Positions 54,133 through 64,000 of a DNA stretch of 64,000 nt are shown here, piece after piece. Numbering within the stretch: position 1 is the stretch's first letter; every line of letters starts with the position of its first letter. This DNA is from a virus: IMG/VR virus record IMGVR_UViG_3300009545_000023, positions 2,701 through 66,700 of that record, one strand, 5' to 3'. The notes under the pieces are model-generated. The model was not told the origin of the DNA and did not search any database. It saw nothing but the letters and a program-made list of their open reading frames with translations. The position numbers and the translations under genes were made by a program.

Positions 54133-57100
54133 TTAATACTGCTGCCAGTTTGACCCAATCTTCGACTGAAGGCGGATCGGGCCAATCACGAAGCGTTTCT
54201 TGACCGTCGCCGTGACCGTCGCCTGAAGCGTCTTGCCCTCGGCATAGTCCGGTGTGAATGTCCAGTTCTGTGGAGTGTTGAGCAGTGCGAGGTTATATGA
54301 TTGAGTCGAGACTACGGAGCCTTTATCACCTGCTAAAGCAACCGTGACCGCGATACCTGCTGCCTCTGCTGAACTGCTCGTAAACTCCGTGTCACACCGG
54401 ATCGGCACCTTCAGGTCATAGAGGTTCGCATCATGGCCGTACTGTCGCGTCGTGAGCGTGAAGGCAATACCGGTGATAGATCCTGCCGCCGTTGCCTTAT
54501 CACCCGCGCCCTGGACATATTGATAAATCATGCCGTCCAATCCGCCGACGTAATGGCCGTTGCTATCGCTCTGCCCGGTGAGCGCACAGCCGCCCGTGAC
54601 ATTGCCCTGAAGCCAACGCACCCACGCCCCCGCAACACCATCACCGGAGATGACGCCGGTATCACTGCCTTCTTTCGGGTCGAATCGGAATATCACCGTA
54701 TTTGCATTGTCGCTGCTCGTGCCTGGTGCCGCGAGGTAGATGCGCCCTCCTTGCTGCCAGAGCGAGCAGAGCGGGTATCCTGTCGTATTCAGTGCCGTGC
54801 CACCACCCATGAGCGCCGGGTTAAGATAGCCCTGAATGGGAAGGGAGAAGGGTTGCGGATCGGTCGCGGTGTTCCACCGTAGAAGTCCATTCGGCGAGAG
54901 GTAGATAACAAGCCGCCCCCAGACGATCGCCGCATTCCGAGCCGATAAGCCCATATCCTGCCCGCTACTGCTGATGAATGGGCGAATGGAGTAGTTCGAC
55001 GGGTCACTACCTAGCATGATATACGGTGACTTGCGCGAGAACAGGAATACCATCCGGTCATCGAGCGGCATCATTCGCAGAACCTGATCGTTATCCTCCG
55101 TCGCGATATGGTCATAGAATCCCTTCACAGGCGCGTTCGGGTCGGTCGGATCTACAGAGCGCGAGAAGTACAACCCGGCGTTTACGTCAGCAGAGAGAAG
55201 CCAACTTCCATAGAACTCGTTGCGCAGTCCCGATCCCGCGAGAAGCCATAGGCGGTTGCCGTACTCAACGATATCGCGGACCTTCGGCGGCGGTGCATCA
55301 CGGCCATCGATATACAGTTGCAGCGACGGGAATAGGAACGATGAGGGCGTATTGTCGGTGACGACGATTCCCGCCGATCCGACCGTACTGCCCTCCGCAC
55401 TGAAATCCACGGCGATATACGGGTTTGCCAGGTAAGCGTAGAAAGGTAACTGCCCTTTGTTGGTGTCAGCACCCTCGGCGATATTCGACGGCACCACGTT
55501 CAGGTAGTTACCGGAGCCGTCGAAGGTAGACCATCCAATCACGCACAGGAGCCGCCCTAGCCCGTCCTGAAAGTCACCAAAACGGTAGATTGCAAAGTAG
55601 GTGCTGTACGCGCCGCTGGTCGTGCTATTCTTCCTTGCCGCGAGGGTAATCACACCAATCGCATCGTCTAGCGTCGGGATAATGGCGGTAGTCTGGTCAC
55701 TCCCGTTACTTTGAATGATGTTAAGCAGTTTGAGCGGGTCGGTGCGCCCATCAATCTCCACCACGTTGTAGGTAATCGACGTGTCAACGCTTAAATTACC
55801 GGGTTTTGTAACGAAATTAACCTGTAAGAGATTGACGCCGCCATCAACTGCTGGAGGATAGATCGCAGAGGTATCCGGTATCGGCACATCGTCACCGAAC
55901 TCAAAGCCGATGCGTGTCACTGCTGACCTAATGGCGATATCGGCGGTCGTAATGTCAAAATCAATGCTCTGATTGGCCCCAACCGTTAGATCGATCTGCC
56001 CACTATACGCTCTATTCGCCGCCGTCTCGGTCCCGCTCGTGTAGTTGCTGATATAAAGCTTGACCGGTACAGTATTGGTCGTGCCGATATTAAATAGCAT
56101 CTGGACACTTGCCGCGATGCGCTGCACCTGAGAGAAGTCCGTCGAGGAAATGTCTGTATAGAAGCGTCTGCCACGGGTATAGAATGCCGTAACTTGCGGT
56201 AGCGGGTTGACGTAAATCTGGTTGCCGTCGCTGCACACATTACCGACCGGCGAGGCGTAGACCGTGCCACTCTTGACCGTGAGTGTGGTTGTCGAGGCAA
56301 CGAACCCGAAGCCATACCCGCCCGCCATGACAACGATATCGCCGATCATGGGATCGTCACCCTTGATACCGCTATTCGCGTTTTCGATCTTCAGCAGAAC
56401 CGATTTAATGTTATCTGCGGCGTCTCGGCAGTCAAAGGTAACGGTCTGCAACTGCGGTGTCGTGGACATCAAACCAATCAGGAATACACGCACATCAACA
56501 GGAACCGATGCGCCCGTATCTGAGAAGGTTGACAGCGTGACTTTCAAGCGACTTGTGATGTCGTCACCGCCGAGCTTGGTCTGTCCCAGGAAGGAAACCT
56601 TGACAGTGGTCGGGTAAGTGCCGTCAGTGCCAGCGGCGAACACAATCGGGTTCACCGTGACGATTGAGGTACCAACGGAGCCGCCCAGGGTACAGGACGC
56701 TGCGCCGCCTACAAAAGTAGTAAACGCGACGTTCGGGAATGCGCTTGCTTGCCAGTCTTTACCGGTTCCGGTGTCCGTATTACCTGCGGTGGGAGTCGAG
56801 AACGCAGAGACGTAGTTGCCGATAGGATCGTCGGCGTCGTAGGTATTCCATGTGAGCGTACCCGGCGTCGATAGGAGCGGCTGATGGGAGAGTTTAGATA
56901 CAGTTGGCGCATCGGGCTTCGCCAGCCCTGTCACTGCCCCGCCACTCGTACCGGTGCTGCCATCCGGAAAGAAACGCAGGATACCGGTACTCAGTCCGCC
57001 ACTCGTGTATGTGCTGTTGTCGCAAACGTAAACATACCCGGCTGCTTGCTTGATTACGACGTTCGCCGCAGTGAGCGAGGGCATACCGCTATAGGTGATT

Positions 57101-57399
57101 TGGGTTGCCGACGTGCCGCCCGGTACGTACTTATAGAGGTTACTTCCTTGCGCGAACCATATATTTGTCGTTCCGTCGCTCTGGATGATCGGCGTGAGCG
57201 CATAGATCGCGCCGCCCATGATAGAGGTTAATTGTCCCTGCTTACCGGGCCTGATGACCAGTTGTCCGCCTTCGATGACAAGGTTATCAATGACGGAGCA
57301 AAAACCTTCGGGCACATTCTTTGCCGGGTGATACGTGTCGAGACCGTACCAATACGGGTCGCCCGCTGTATATATGGCGGGTTTGGGCATCTTAGACAT
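54133..57399 (-). CDS. Tail hub/stabilisation protein (P22 gp10 / tail tube B-like beta-propeller) with inserted beta domains
   Basis: WYGLDT...DNL.I..GQL..RPG N-terminus, YGNRLW, propeller repeats. Confidence 0.7.
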   Translation of the reverse strand: MSKMPKPAIYTAGDPYWYGLDTYHPAKNVPEGFCSVIDNLVIEGGQLVIRPGKQGQLTSIMGGAIYALTPIIQSDGTTNIWFAQGSNLYKYVPGGTSATQITYSGMPSLTAANVVIKQAAGYVYVCDNSTYTSGGLSTGILRFFPDGSTGTSGGAVTGLAKPDAPTVSKLSHQPLLSTPGTLTWNTYDADDPIGNYVSAFSTPTAGNTDTGTGKDWQASAFPNVAFTTFVGGAASCTLGGSVGTSIVTVNPIVFAAGTDGTYPTTVKVSFLGQTKLGGDDITSRLKVTLSTFSDTGASVPVDVRVFLIGLMSTTPQLQTVTFDCRDAADNIKSVLLKIENANSGIKGDDPMIGDIVVMAGGYGFGFVASTTTLTVKSGTVYASPVGNVCSDGNQIYVNPLPQVTAFYTRGRRFYTDISSTDFSQVQRIAASVQMLFNIGTTNTVPVKLYISNYTSGTETAANRAYSGQIDLTVGANQSIDFDITTADIAIRSAVTRIGFEFGDDVPIPDTSAIYPPAVDGGVNLLQVNFVTKPGNLSVDTSITYNVVEIDGRTDPLKLLNIIQSNGSDQTTAIIPTLDDAIGVITLAARKNSTTSGAYSTYFAIYRFGDFQDGLGRLLCVIGWSTFDGSGNYLNVVPSNIAEGADTNKGQLPFYAYLANPYIAVDFSAEGSTVGSAGIVVTDNTPSSFLFPSLQLYIDGRDAPPPKVRDIVEYGNRLWLLAGSGLRNEFYGSWLLSADVNAGLYFSRSVDPTDPNAPVKGFYDHIATEDNDQVLRMMPLDDRMVFLFSRKSPYIMLGSDPSNYSIRPFISSSGQDMGLSARNAAIVWGRLVIYLSPNGLLRWNTATDPQPFSLPIQGYLNPALMGGGTALNTTGYPLCSLWQQGGRIYLAAPGTSSDNANTVIFRFDPKEGSDTGVISGDGVAGAWVRWLQGNVTGGCALTGQSDSNGHYVGGLDGMIYQYVQGAGDKATAAGSITGIAFTLTTRQYGHDANLYDLKVPIRCDTEFTSSSAEAAGIAVTVALAGDKGSVVSTQSYNLALLNTPQNWTFTPDYAEGKTLQATVTATVKKRFVIGPIRLQSKIGSNWQQY

Positions 57400-57500
57400 A
57401 TGGAATTACCAAGCAAATATTAGTTTGTGAAGGAAACAGGTATGCAGAGGAGCAACATTAGCCGTTAGCAAGCGTCACACTCGCATAGGAGAATCGCTAA

Positions 57501-58028
57501 GTGTCAAAATATCAATCTATCGTCGGCGTCGTTGCCGGGTTCATCTTCTTTTCTGCGCTCGTCGTCGGTTGCGGCGGTGGTAGTTCACCATCCCCCAGCG
57601 CGAGCACAACACCTACGCCATCCCCTGCCCCAACTGCCCCACCTGTAGGGCGCGGTCTTGCAATCAGCATGCAGCCAACATCGCTTACCTTTGATCCGAA
57701 GTCGGGTTATGTCGGTAGCGTGAACAGCACAGAACCAGGGCAGACACGGTTAGTACACATCAACGGAACCGGATTCGTGCGCCCCGATGTGCCCTACACC
57801 TGCTATATCGAGAGTTTAGACGGCACGAAGAAATCCAATACATCAAAAGTCGAGGTCAATTCAGCGACTTTTGCGACCGTTAGCGAGTTATTCGTACCAA
57901 AGTCATTCCAACCGCAACCGGGAGAAGCCGATAGAACCGTTCACGTCGTTCTGCTGGACACGGGCGTTAAAGTACCAGAGCAGGCGGGCGGCATGACGAT
58001 TGTTCTTCACGCTGTCGCGCCTCAGTGA
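57501..58028 (+). CDS. Lipoprotein (possible superinfection exclusion)
   Basis: Lipobox LVVGC, S/P/T linker, Ig-like domain; opposite strand with AGGAG RBS. Confidence 0.75.
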   Translation: MSKYQSIVGVVAGFIFFSALVVGCGGGSSPSPSASTTPTPSPAPTAPPVGRGLAISMQPTSLTFDPKSGYVGSVNSTEPGQTRLVHINGTGFVRPDVPYTCYIESLDGTKKSNTSKVEVNSATFATVSELFVPKSFQPQPGEADRTVHVVLLDTGVKVPEQAGGMTIVLHAVAPQ

Positions 58029-59383
58029 CAGGTACACGCGTCACTCGTGAAAGTGCAGGATGTCGGCGGATCGGTTGTAAAGGTGCAGGTAACTGGAGCG
58101 TCGGTGGTAAAGACGCAATCAGTATCATCCGCATCGCTCACGAATCCGTGAACGCGAATCGACACAAAACCACGTTGCCCATCACCGCCCGATAGAATCG
58201 CGCTTACCCCATAGATATAGTCGGTCAGTGCTGTCGGCGGATAGTCGGTATAGGTCAGCACGTTGCCGACCGTCGCTATCTGCGTCATGCCGCGAGTAAT
58301 ATCGTAACCTATTGCCCCGTCTACTGCTGTCCATGTCAAGGTGACTTCGGGCGGAGTATCGCAACAGTCCTGACAGGCGGTAACGACAGGCGCATCACCA
58401 CCGGTGCCGAAGTCGTAGCATCCACCACGGGAGAAGCCTGAACCAGTCGGGGCGGTGAGAACATAGAGCGATTCGAGATAGGCGAATGTCAGACGGTTTC
58501 CATCTAGGATATTCAGTGACATATTCGGATTCGAATAGTGCTGAATGCCTGTCGTTAGATCGTTGAATGTCGAACCGTCTGTATACTCGATAAGGTTTGC
58601 CGATTCGGTTGGTGAGACCGTAGTCGCCCCTACAACCACAACCTGCCCTGATTTCGTTCCTTCCAGAGACGCGATGCGTGTTCCAAACTCACTGAATCCG
58701 CTAAAGATATTCAGCGCATATTGCCGGGTCACTACCGAGGTTGATAGATCGATCGTGTAAACAGCGGCATCGGTCGGGCTGCTGGTATTGTTAACGCGAA
58801 TAAAATATAGGGTGTTCTCGTCGGACCTGAGCGCGAGCGACATGTAACCCGAGTTTGTAGTTGCATCCTGATGGACTATCGAAACTGTTGCGGTATCAAT
58901 GTCGTACTTTTTGATCGCCGCTACATTGGGGGACACTCTACTAGAAGCGAAATACAGGCAATTCCTACCGACATCGGCGACCATATCCGTTCCAATAACG
59001 GCATCCGTGGCCAGTACCGGGAAGGTAGTTTCATCCGTTGAGTTCCATATGAACCAGTGGTCATTCGGCACGCCGATTAAGGTGCCGTCACCATGGACAT
59101 ACAGCACACCATTACAGCAGACTGGGTAATAGGGATTTGGCGCGAGGGCAGTTTGAACTGATAAAGGCGTGCTGGTGCTGAAATCCTGATTGTAACTCAG
59201 GCTAGTGAACTTGTTAAGTTTGATTGCACCAGTATTGATCTGGCTTATTAGAATAAAGCCGTCACCTGATAGTTTGACCTGCCCTGCGTTGAAATACTGA
59301 CCGCCAATTTGCGGAAGATTGGTCGCTAGTACGTCTAACTGGTAGCCCTGCGCAATAGCGTAGGCGGTAAGTGCAACTGACAT
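58022..59383 (-). CDS. Virion receptor-binding-like protein (propeller plus FN3, Cys-repeat tail)
   Basis: VTLTWTAVDGAIGYDI.R...Y.Y.VSA FN3; C-terminal C.FT.D repeats. Confidence 0.6.
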   Translation of the reverse strand: MSVALTAYAIAQGYQLDVLATNLPQIGGQYFNAGQVKLSGDGFILISQINTGAIKLNKFTSLSYNQDFSTSTPLSVQTALAPNPYYPVCCNGVLYVHGDGTLIGVPNDHWFIWNSTDETTFPVLATDAVIGTDMVADVGRNCLYFASSRVSPNVAAIKKYDIDTATVSIVHQDATTNSGYMSLALRSDENTLYFIRVNNTSSPTDAAVYTIDLSTSVVTRQYALNIFSGFSEFGTRIASLEGTKSGQVVVVGATTVSPTESANLIEYTDGSTFNDLTTGIQHYSNPNMSLNILDGNRLTFAYLESLYVLTAPTGSGFSRGGCYDFGTGGDAPVVTACQDCCDTPPEVTLTWTAVDGAIGYDITRGMTQIATVGNVLTYTDYPPTALTDYIYGVSAILSGGDGQRGFVSIRVHGFVSDADDTDCVFTTDAPVTCTFTTDPPTSCTFTSDACTCH

Positions 59384-59402
59384 GGCGGCTTATGCTGTGA
59401 TC

Positions 59403-61682
59403 TCAGATAACGATGGAGAGTGAGCCGAGCGGAGCGAGTCCACCGCCGCCGCCTACGGTGTCCGCTGCTGTAATCAGCTTTGCAAGTTGCCCGGTCATAT
59501 AGGCTACCTCGTCGGATTGGCGCGGGTGCGTTGAGTCTGCGCTACGATAGGATGGTGTGCCATACGGCTGATCAGCAATCCCTGATATTGCGGGTGGGTC
59601 AATCAGATACACCAATGAATCGGAATTTGCTGCCTTATATGCCGCGTATCCGGCCAGCATCGCCGATCGTTTGGGTTGTCCAAATTCGATAATAAGACGG
59701 ATGCGTGTGCGGCTCCCAACTGCCGCTCGATGCTGCACGAGAAAATCAGTAACACTTGCCGTGACCTGAGCATCACTCACAACAGCAGATTGAATGAAAT
59801 CGTTCATGCCCATGAATATGTAGCTATCGTTGTAATAGCCGCTACCCGAGGTCAGAGTAAAACTGCGGCTATGGGCAGAGTCGAGTTTGTCCCAGGATCT
59901 GGCACCGTTCGGGACATGGAAGGCAGGAACACCATCGGCACCACCCAACCGCCACCCCTGACCACTGAAGCCAACGATGCACACCTCGGCGTTCATGATG
60001 TCAGCGAAGGGTAACACCCATGACAGGTGCGCACCACCGGTACTGCTATTGCCATAGGAATCTCCGATGATATTCCCCTGTACAATGGAGTCTCCATAGA
60101 AAATCATGCGGTTAGTACGGGTAGTCGGCGCAACCGGTGTTCCGTCCGTGATTACCTGCGTGATGCGTACAATGGGAATGGGTGAAGTCCATCGGTTATA
60201 GCCAAAGCCCGTGGGAAGATCGCCAACGAGGATAAAGCGCTCATGGTCGCTTGAGGGCGAAAGTCCAGAATCGATCGTGACCGTGGTCGTCGCCGCCCCG
60301 AGCGTTAACTTCGTCCACCCCCCATTATCGCTATACCAGGCAACAGTCGGATACTGTGTCAGACCTGCCCCCGTATAGGTGGACATATCAAAGGTCAGTT
60401 GCAGCGTCGAACCGCTGGTTGTCTTGATCCGCAGATACGCACCCGCATTGTTCGTCTGGATCGACGTGCCCGCAGTGACAAGCCAGTTGCCCTCTGACAT
60501 ATACGCCAGGACCGCATCCGGTGCGAAGACTTGCACGACTCCAACAGAACACTGTTTGCCAGTTGTGCTATCCTGAATAACGATCGTACCTGCACTCGCC
60601 CCCGTGGTTATCGTGAGGTTGATCGTCCCTAGATCGGCTTGTGTCTGCGAGGTGATCGTTCCCGGCCCGGAGATAATGGAGAGTGGCGTCGTGCCTGATC
60701 CCCACGCGGTCCCCTGCCCGGTGATAGTAACGGGTGCTGATACTTGCGATACTGCAAGGCTATTTGGTGAAGCAGAGATCGTTACCGGTGCGATGTTCAG
60801 ATAAAACGCCGAGGACGTGGCGCTATCCTGCACCACTACGCCAGAGGTCGCACTGCCGGGAATAAGGTTGAGTGTGCCGGTAGTTGTTCCTGATCCGGTC
60901 TGAGTGACAATGCTTGCCGCGCTGCTGTTGATCAGTTGCAGGGAGAGTGTGCCCATGTTCGCCGAGCACGTTGTAGTAAAGGCGACACTAGCCAGGTTAG
61001 GCGAAACCGTGGTTGGTGATAGGGCGAGTGTGTTCGCGCAGTCGTAATAGGTCTGAACACGGGCAATCGGTACATCGGTGGTTCCACCCGTGACAGTAAG
61101 AGAACATCCTGCCGCCGCCTGAAGGTCCGCAGGTGCGCCCGATGTCCATGTAACGGTAATCGTTCCCGATGTGGTTGATGCCGTGACATCCTGAATGAAC
61201 CCGATGACCTGCGGCGAGGTTGTCCCTGCGCTCTGAACCGTTATCTTATAGGTATGCCCTGCTGTGTAGGCTATGCTTGCTGTACCGGAGCCTGATAGTC
61301 CCGTCTGAGAGCGTGAACCTGCGACAGAGCGCCAACCATCTAAGAGCAAGTTTCCAGCACTCAGACGGACGCGAAGGGCTATCCAGTCCTTCGTCGCCAT
61401 GACTGAGCGTGGCGATATGTAAACAAAGGGATCAGAAGGCCAGGTAGAGTCCAGTGTAACGACTACCTGCGCATTAAGCGATACGGTCTCGGTACGGTAT
61501 GCTTCTGCGGTCTGCCCGGTGATGAAGACAGCATGAGCATTACCAATCTTGGCAAAGCGGGCATCGGGTACAAACCAGTTGTTCGGGCCAAGCTGCCCCC
61601 ACTGATTCGAGGTGGCACCCGCACTGTAGGATGTACTCGCTCTTTGGAACGAATCATCGACCAGTATCTGAAATGTAGCCAT
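59403..61682 (-). CDS. Fibre/spike with Ig-like domains and SGNH/GDSL esterase
   Basis: FYGDSI (block I), GFSG (II), GMND (III), DSTHP (V). Confidence 0.8.
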   Translation of the reverse strand: MATFQILVDDSFQRASTSYSAGATSNQWGQLGPNNWFVPDARFAKIGNAHAVFITGQTAEAYRTETVSLNAQVVVTLDSTWPSDPFVYISPRSVMATKDWIALRVRLSAGNLLLDGWRSVAGSRSQTGLSGSGTASIAYTAGHTYKITVQSAGTTSPQVIGFIQDVTASTTSGTITVTWTSGAPADLQAAAGCSLTVTGGTTDVPIARVQTYYDCANTLALSPTTVSPNLASVAFTTTCSANMGTLSLQLINSSAASIVTQTGSGTTTGTLNLIPGSATSGVVVQDSATSSAFYLNIAPVTISASPNSLAVSQVSAPVTITGQGTAWGSGTTPLSIISGPGTITSQTQADLGTINLTITTGASAGTIVIQDSTTGKQCSVGVVQVFAPDAVLAYMSEGNWLVTAGTSIQTNNAGAYLRIKTTSGSTLQLTFDMSTYTGAGLTQYPTVAWYSDNGGWTKLTLGAATTTVTIDSGLSPSSDHERFILVGDLPTGFGYNRWTSPIPIVRITQVITDGTPVAPTTRTNRMIFYGDSIVQGNIIGDSYGNSSTGGAHLSWVLPFADIMNAEVCIVGFSGQGWRLGGADGVPAFHVPNGARSWDKLDSAHSRSFTLTSGSGYYNDSYIFMGMNDFIQSAVVSDAQVTASVTDFLVQHRAAVGSRTRIRLIIEFGQPKRSAMLAGYAAYKAANSDSLVYLIDPPAISGIADQPYGTPSYRSADSTHPRQSDEVAYMTGQLAKLITAADTVGGGGGLAPLGSLSIVI

Positions 61683-61685
61683 GTC

Positions 61686-61997
61686 TTAATCGGCCTTGAA
61701 GAACCAAAATAACTGTTGCACAGGAAAGCCAGAGGCAGTCGCCTTCTCCGCTGTCTCGAAGTTGCCTTCATCCGTCCCAGCGGGAACAACGGTCATAAAC
61801 TGACTGAATACGGTCACGTGCGAGAGGTCAGATAGGATGATGTCGCGGGACTGCTCAGCATACTCGTGAATCCAGAAATCGTTCGGGTCGCCGTCGCCGA
61901 TCACTGATGAGGCAAAATCGTCATATTGCGCATTGCGGCTACGCTTCATCGTCCACGTGTCGGTGTCGATTACATCGGGAAGTTCAGTTGTAGGCAT
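61686..61997 (-). CDS. Hypothetical protein
   Basis: 103 aa acidic. Confidence 0.5.
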   Translation of the reverse strand: MPTTELPDVIDTDTWTMKRSRNAQYDDFASSVIGDGDPNDFWIHEYAEQSRDIILSDLSHVTVFSQFMTVVPAGTDEGNFETAEKATASGFPVQQLFWFFKAD

Positions 61998-62001
61998 GGC
62001 T

Positions 62002-62775
62002 TTACTTCGTGGTTGACGGTGTCGATTGAACCGCTGCGGAGGTCGCCACCGAGGAGAGGAATAGTTTGGCGAGCCATGGATCTTGCTGCGAACGGACCTG
62101 CATAAAGAGGCGTTGGTACTCGGCAGTGATGGCCGGTTGTCTCAGTTGCACACGCGGATCGTCCATCGCTTGAATCGCCACACGAGAGGCGGCGTAGTAG
62201 ACAATCGCCTCGTCCCACTGCTCCGATAGCCATGCAAAGGTGTCGCTACCGGAGGATAGATAGGTCGGCAGGCAAGGACCGTTCACAGTGAGCGTTCCCG
62301 CGATAGCGGCAGGCGGATAGATTCCCACGGTCGGGTCAGCGCCCGCCACCTCGTACCAGTAGGCAGGAGTCCCGTTCGCATCGGTGAGGTAGTTTGGGTA
62401 GTTGTTGCGGAGCGTGTTCCAGTCGATGAATTGCAGGTTTTTGACAACGCCGCTATCGTCACCGCTCGATGCTGTGTACTGAACGGTGTACGCTGCTCGC
62501 ATCTCACGCACGCCGGATAGCGTCAGCGCGGATAGGTTCTTGAGTTTGTCGCCGATAGACACAGAGACGGTGCCCGGAGCCGCAGGAAAGAGCAGGTACG
62601 CACTGCGGCACAGTTCATCAGCACCCTCGTTTAAGTAGTCAGTGAAACTTGCGGCGGTCGTATAGGTGTAACTGCCAGCGGTCACACCATCAGGGACATT
62701 CGCGCCCTTCCAGTTCGACGGGACATTCAGAACCCGGTACATCTCGTTCTGCATCGTCGTGAGAGTCTTTGCCAT
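62002..62775 (-). CDS. Head-tail adaptor-like protein (copy 2)
   Basis: TL..M...., YLNEG..ELC, GTPAYW...GIYPP, AIVYYAA. Confidence 0.7.
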   Translation of the reverse strand: MAKTLTTMQNEMYRVLNVPSNWKGANVPDGVTAGSYTYTTAASFTDYLNEGADELCRSAYLLFPAAPGTVSVSIGDKLKNLSALTLSGVREMRAAYTVQYTASSGDDSGVVKNLQFIDWNTLRNNYPNYLTDANGTPAYWYEVAGADPTVGIYPPAAIAGTLTVNGPCLPTYLSSGSDTFAWLSEQWDEAIVYYAASRVAIQAMDDPRVQLRQPAITAEYQRLFMQVRSQQDPWLAKLFLSSVATSAAVQSTPSTTK

Positions 62776-62883
62776 AGCGAAGTACCAGAGGAGAGAGAAG
62801 GCGCGTTAACCGGTCAGATGCCGATGCCGATACCGATAGTCATGCTCATAGCGGTATCTCAGGAGAAGGCAGGGAATGAAGGC

Positions 62884-63195
62884 TTAGAACAGGGCGTATA
62901 CAGTCAGAGCGGCGCTAGAGTGGTCGTATGAGCCACTAGCAGAGTTGAAACCATCATTTCCCGAGGCGAGAACGTAGTTTGCTGCGAAGGGTACGACTCC
63001 TGCCGCTGCCATGGTGATGATGATCACATCGCCTTGCTCGTCGCCGAGTACCAATGTTCCGGCACCACCAACAAAGAGCGCCTTCGGTACCGGGTCAAGT
63101 TTGGTTGAATTGCTCTGCGCGATGGCAATCCAGGCACCGGCCACCGTATTACCGGTGTGCTTGCCGCCTTTTTTATCCGCATATGCTGTAGCCAT
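62884..63195 (-). CDS. Head-spike base protein (RcGTA Rcc01079-like)
   Basis: AIAQS....L...PKALFVGGAGTL.L...G......AGVVP. Confidence 0.65.
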   Translation of the reverse strand: MATAYADKKGGKHTGNTVAGAWIAIAQSNSTKLDPVPKALFVGGAGTLVLGDEQGDVIIITMAAAGVVPFAANYVLASGNDGFNSASGSYDHSSAALTVYALF

Positions 63196-63243
63196 AGTTT
63201 AAGTTTGCTTTCAAAGAGAAGGTAGCGAGTAATCAGTAATAGA

Positions 63244-63927
63244 TCAGTAATAGATGTAGTGGCGTTCACGGGCGCGGTCGTGCTGCCGGTTGATCTCGGC
63301 TTCATACTCGCCCAGGCGTGAGTCGTAAACGTCGGTGTTGGTCTTCGCTTTGGCGAAAATCACGGGATCTTCGGGGAACTCAAGTGCCCATTTGCCACAC
63401 ACACCGTAGACAATGGTGTCCATGATGCGCTCAGGCAATGCGGGCGAATCGCTCTGTGAGGCCCACGGAGCGAGCGGAGAGGCGTATCCTTCGAAGACGA
63501 GGCCCGCGTTGCAGGAGTAGTTCGGTAGCGGGTAAAAGTAGATATACGGCGGCGCGAATATCCAGTAGGACGGCAAGCCACTTGCGGGCGAAGTTCTCCA
63601 TTGCGGCATATACCGGTTGGCGTCTTCGATGTCGTATTGGCGCAGGAATATCTTATTGGCCGTGCTGTCCGTGCCCAACGTCACCATGACAGAGATGATC
63701 TCGTACAGTTCGGGCAGGCAATAACGCTCCATCGGACTACCGGCAGAACCGGTGATATCAGCGGTAAACCGTGCCTGATAACAGCGGGTGCGGCGGCTGA
63801 CTTCGCTTGTCACTTCGTCAATGATTCGGTTCAAGCTGATCGGGTCGCTATCCCGATCGTCGCGGAACTTGACCCGCAGACGTGCGCGAACCCGCGCAGT
63901 GATATCGGCGCGTGTAGAGGTAGCCAT
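63244..63927 (-). CDS. Head-tail adaptor-like protein (copy 1)
   Basis: TRADI..RVR..L, GLPSYW...IYFYPLP, P.LPE...D.IVYG. Confidence 0.75.
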   Translation of the reverse strand: MATSTRADITARVRARLRVKFRDDRDSDPISLNRIIDEVTSEVSRRTRCYQARFTADITGSAGSPMERYCLPELYEIISVMVTLGTDSTANKIFLRQYDIEDANRYMPQWRTSPASGLPSYWIFAPPYIYFYPLPNYSCNAGLVFEGYASPLAPWASQSDSPALPERIMDTIVYGVCGKWALEFPEDPVIFAKAKTNTDVYDSRLGEYEAEINRQHDRARERHYIYY

Positions 63928-64000
63928 AGGTTTTGCAGGGGGAGCAAAAGATTACTTAACAGAACGAGCGTCAGCAAAGTTAATCAATGTTTGGCGAACG

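Noticed and set aside
58022-61682. Diversity-generating retroelement acting on fibres
   Set aside because: No reverse transcriptase and no TR/VR pair noticed.

Overview
Almost the whole genome of a tailed dsDNA phage. The window opens inside the major capsid gene and ends in head-tail adaptor genes on the same strand, which suggests a circularly permuted, nearly complete genome. Minus-strand late region: TerS/TerL, a glycosyltransferase and FkbM methyltransferase, portal, scaffold, capsid, two adaptor paralogues, an SGNH-esterase fibre, a P22 gp10-like tail hub, three ejection-type proteins and holins. No tape measure is seen, so it is probably podovirus-like. Early region: cI/cro-like switch, RecT-like SSAP, sigma factor, RusA, C5 methyltransferase, DUF1376 initiator and DnaB. 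A second, plasmid-type replicon has convergent promoters and a predicted antisense RNA; no integrase was found, suggesting a phage-plasmid. Standout locus (26864-28741, minus): a stand-alone Cas7/RAMP-like gene, a translationally coupled accessory gene and a ~740 bp non-coding array. The array has 13 units delimited by GGCAGGC, each built from 5-nt periodic (GGY/GTY)-NN blocks with unique NN strings. It looks like a phage-encoded, non-CRISPR RNA-guided system with a gapped dinucleotide code, resembling what I recall as VIPR-type systems. All calls come from reading the sequence by eye; no searches were run.
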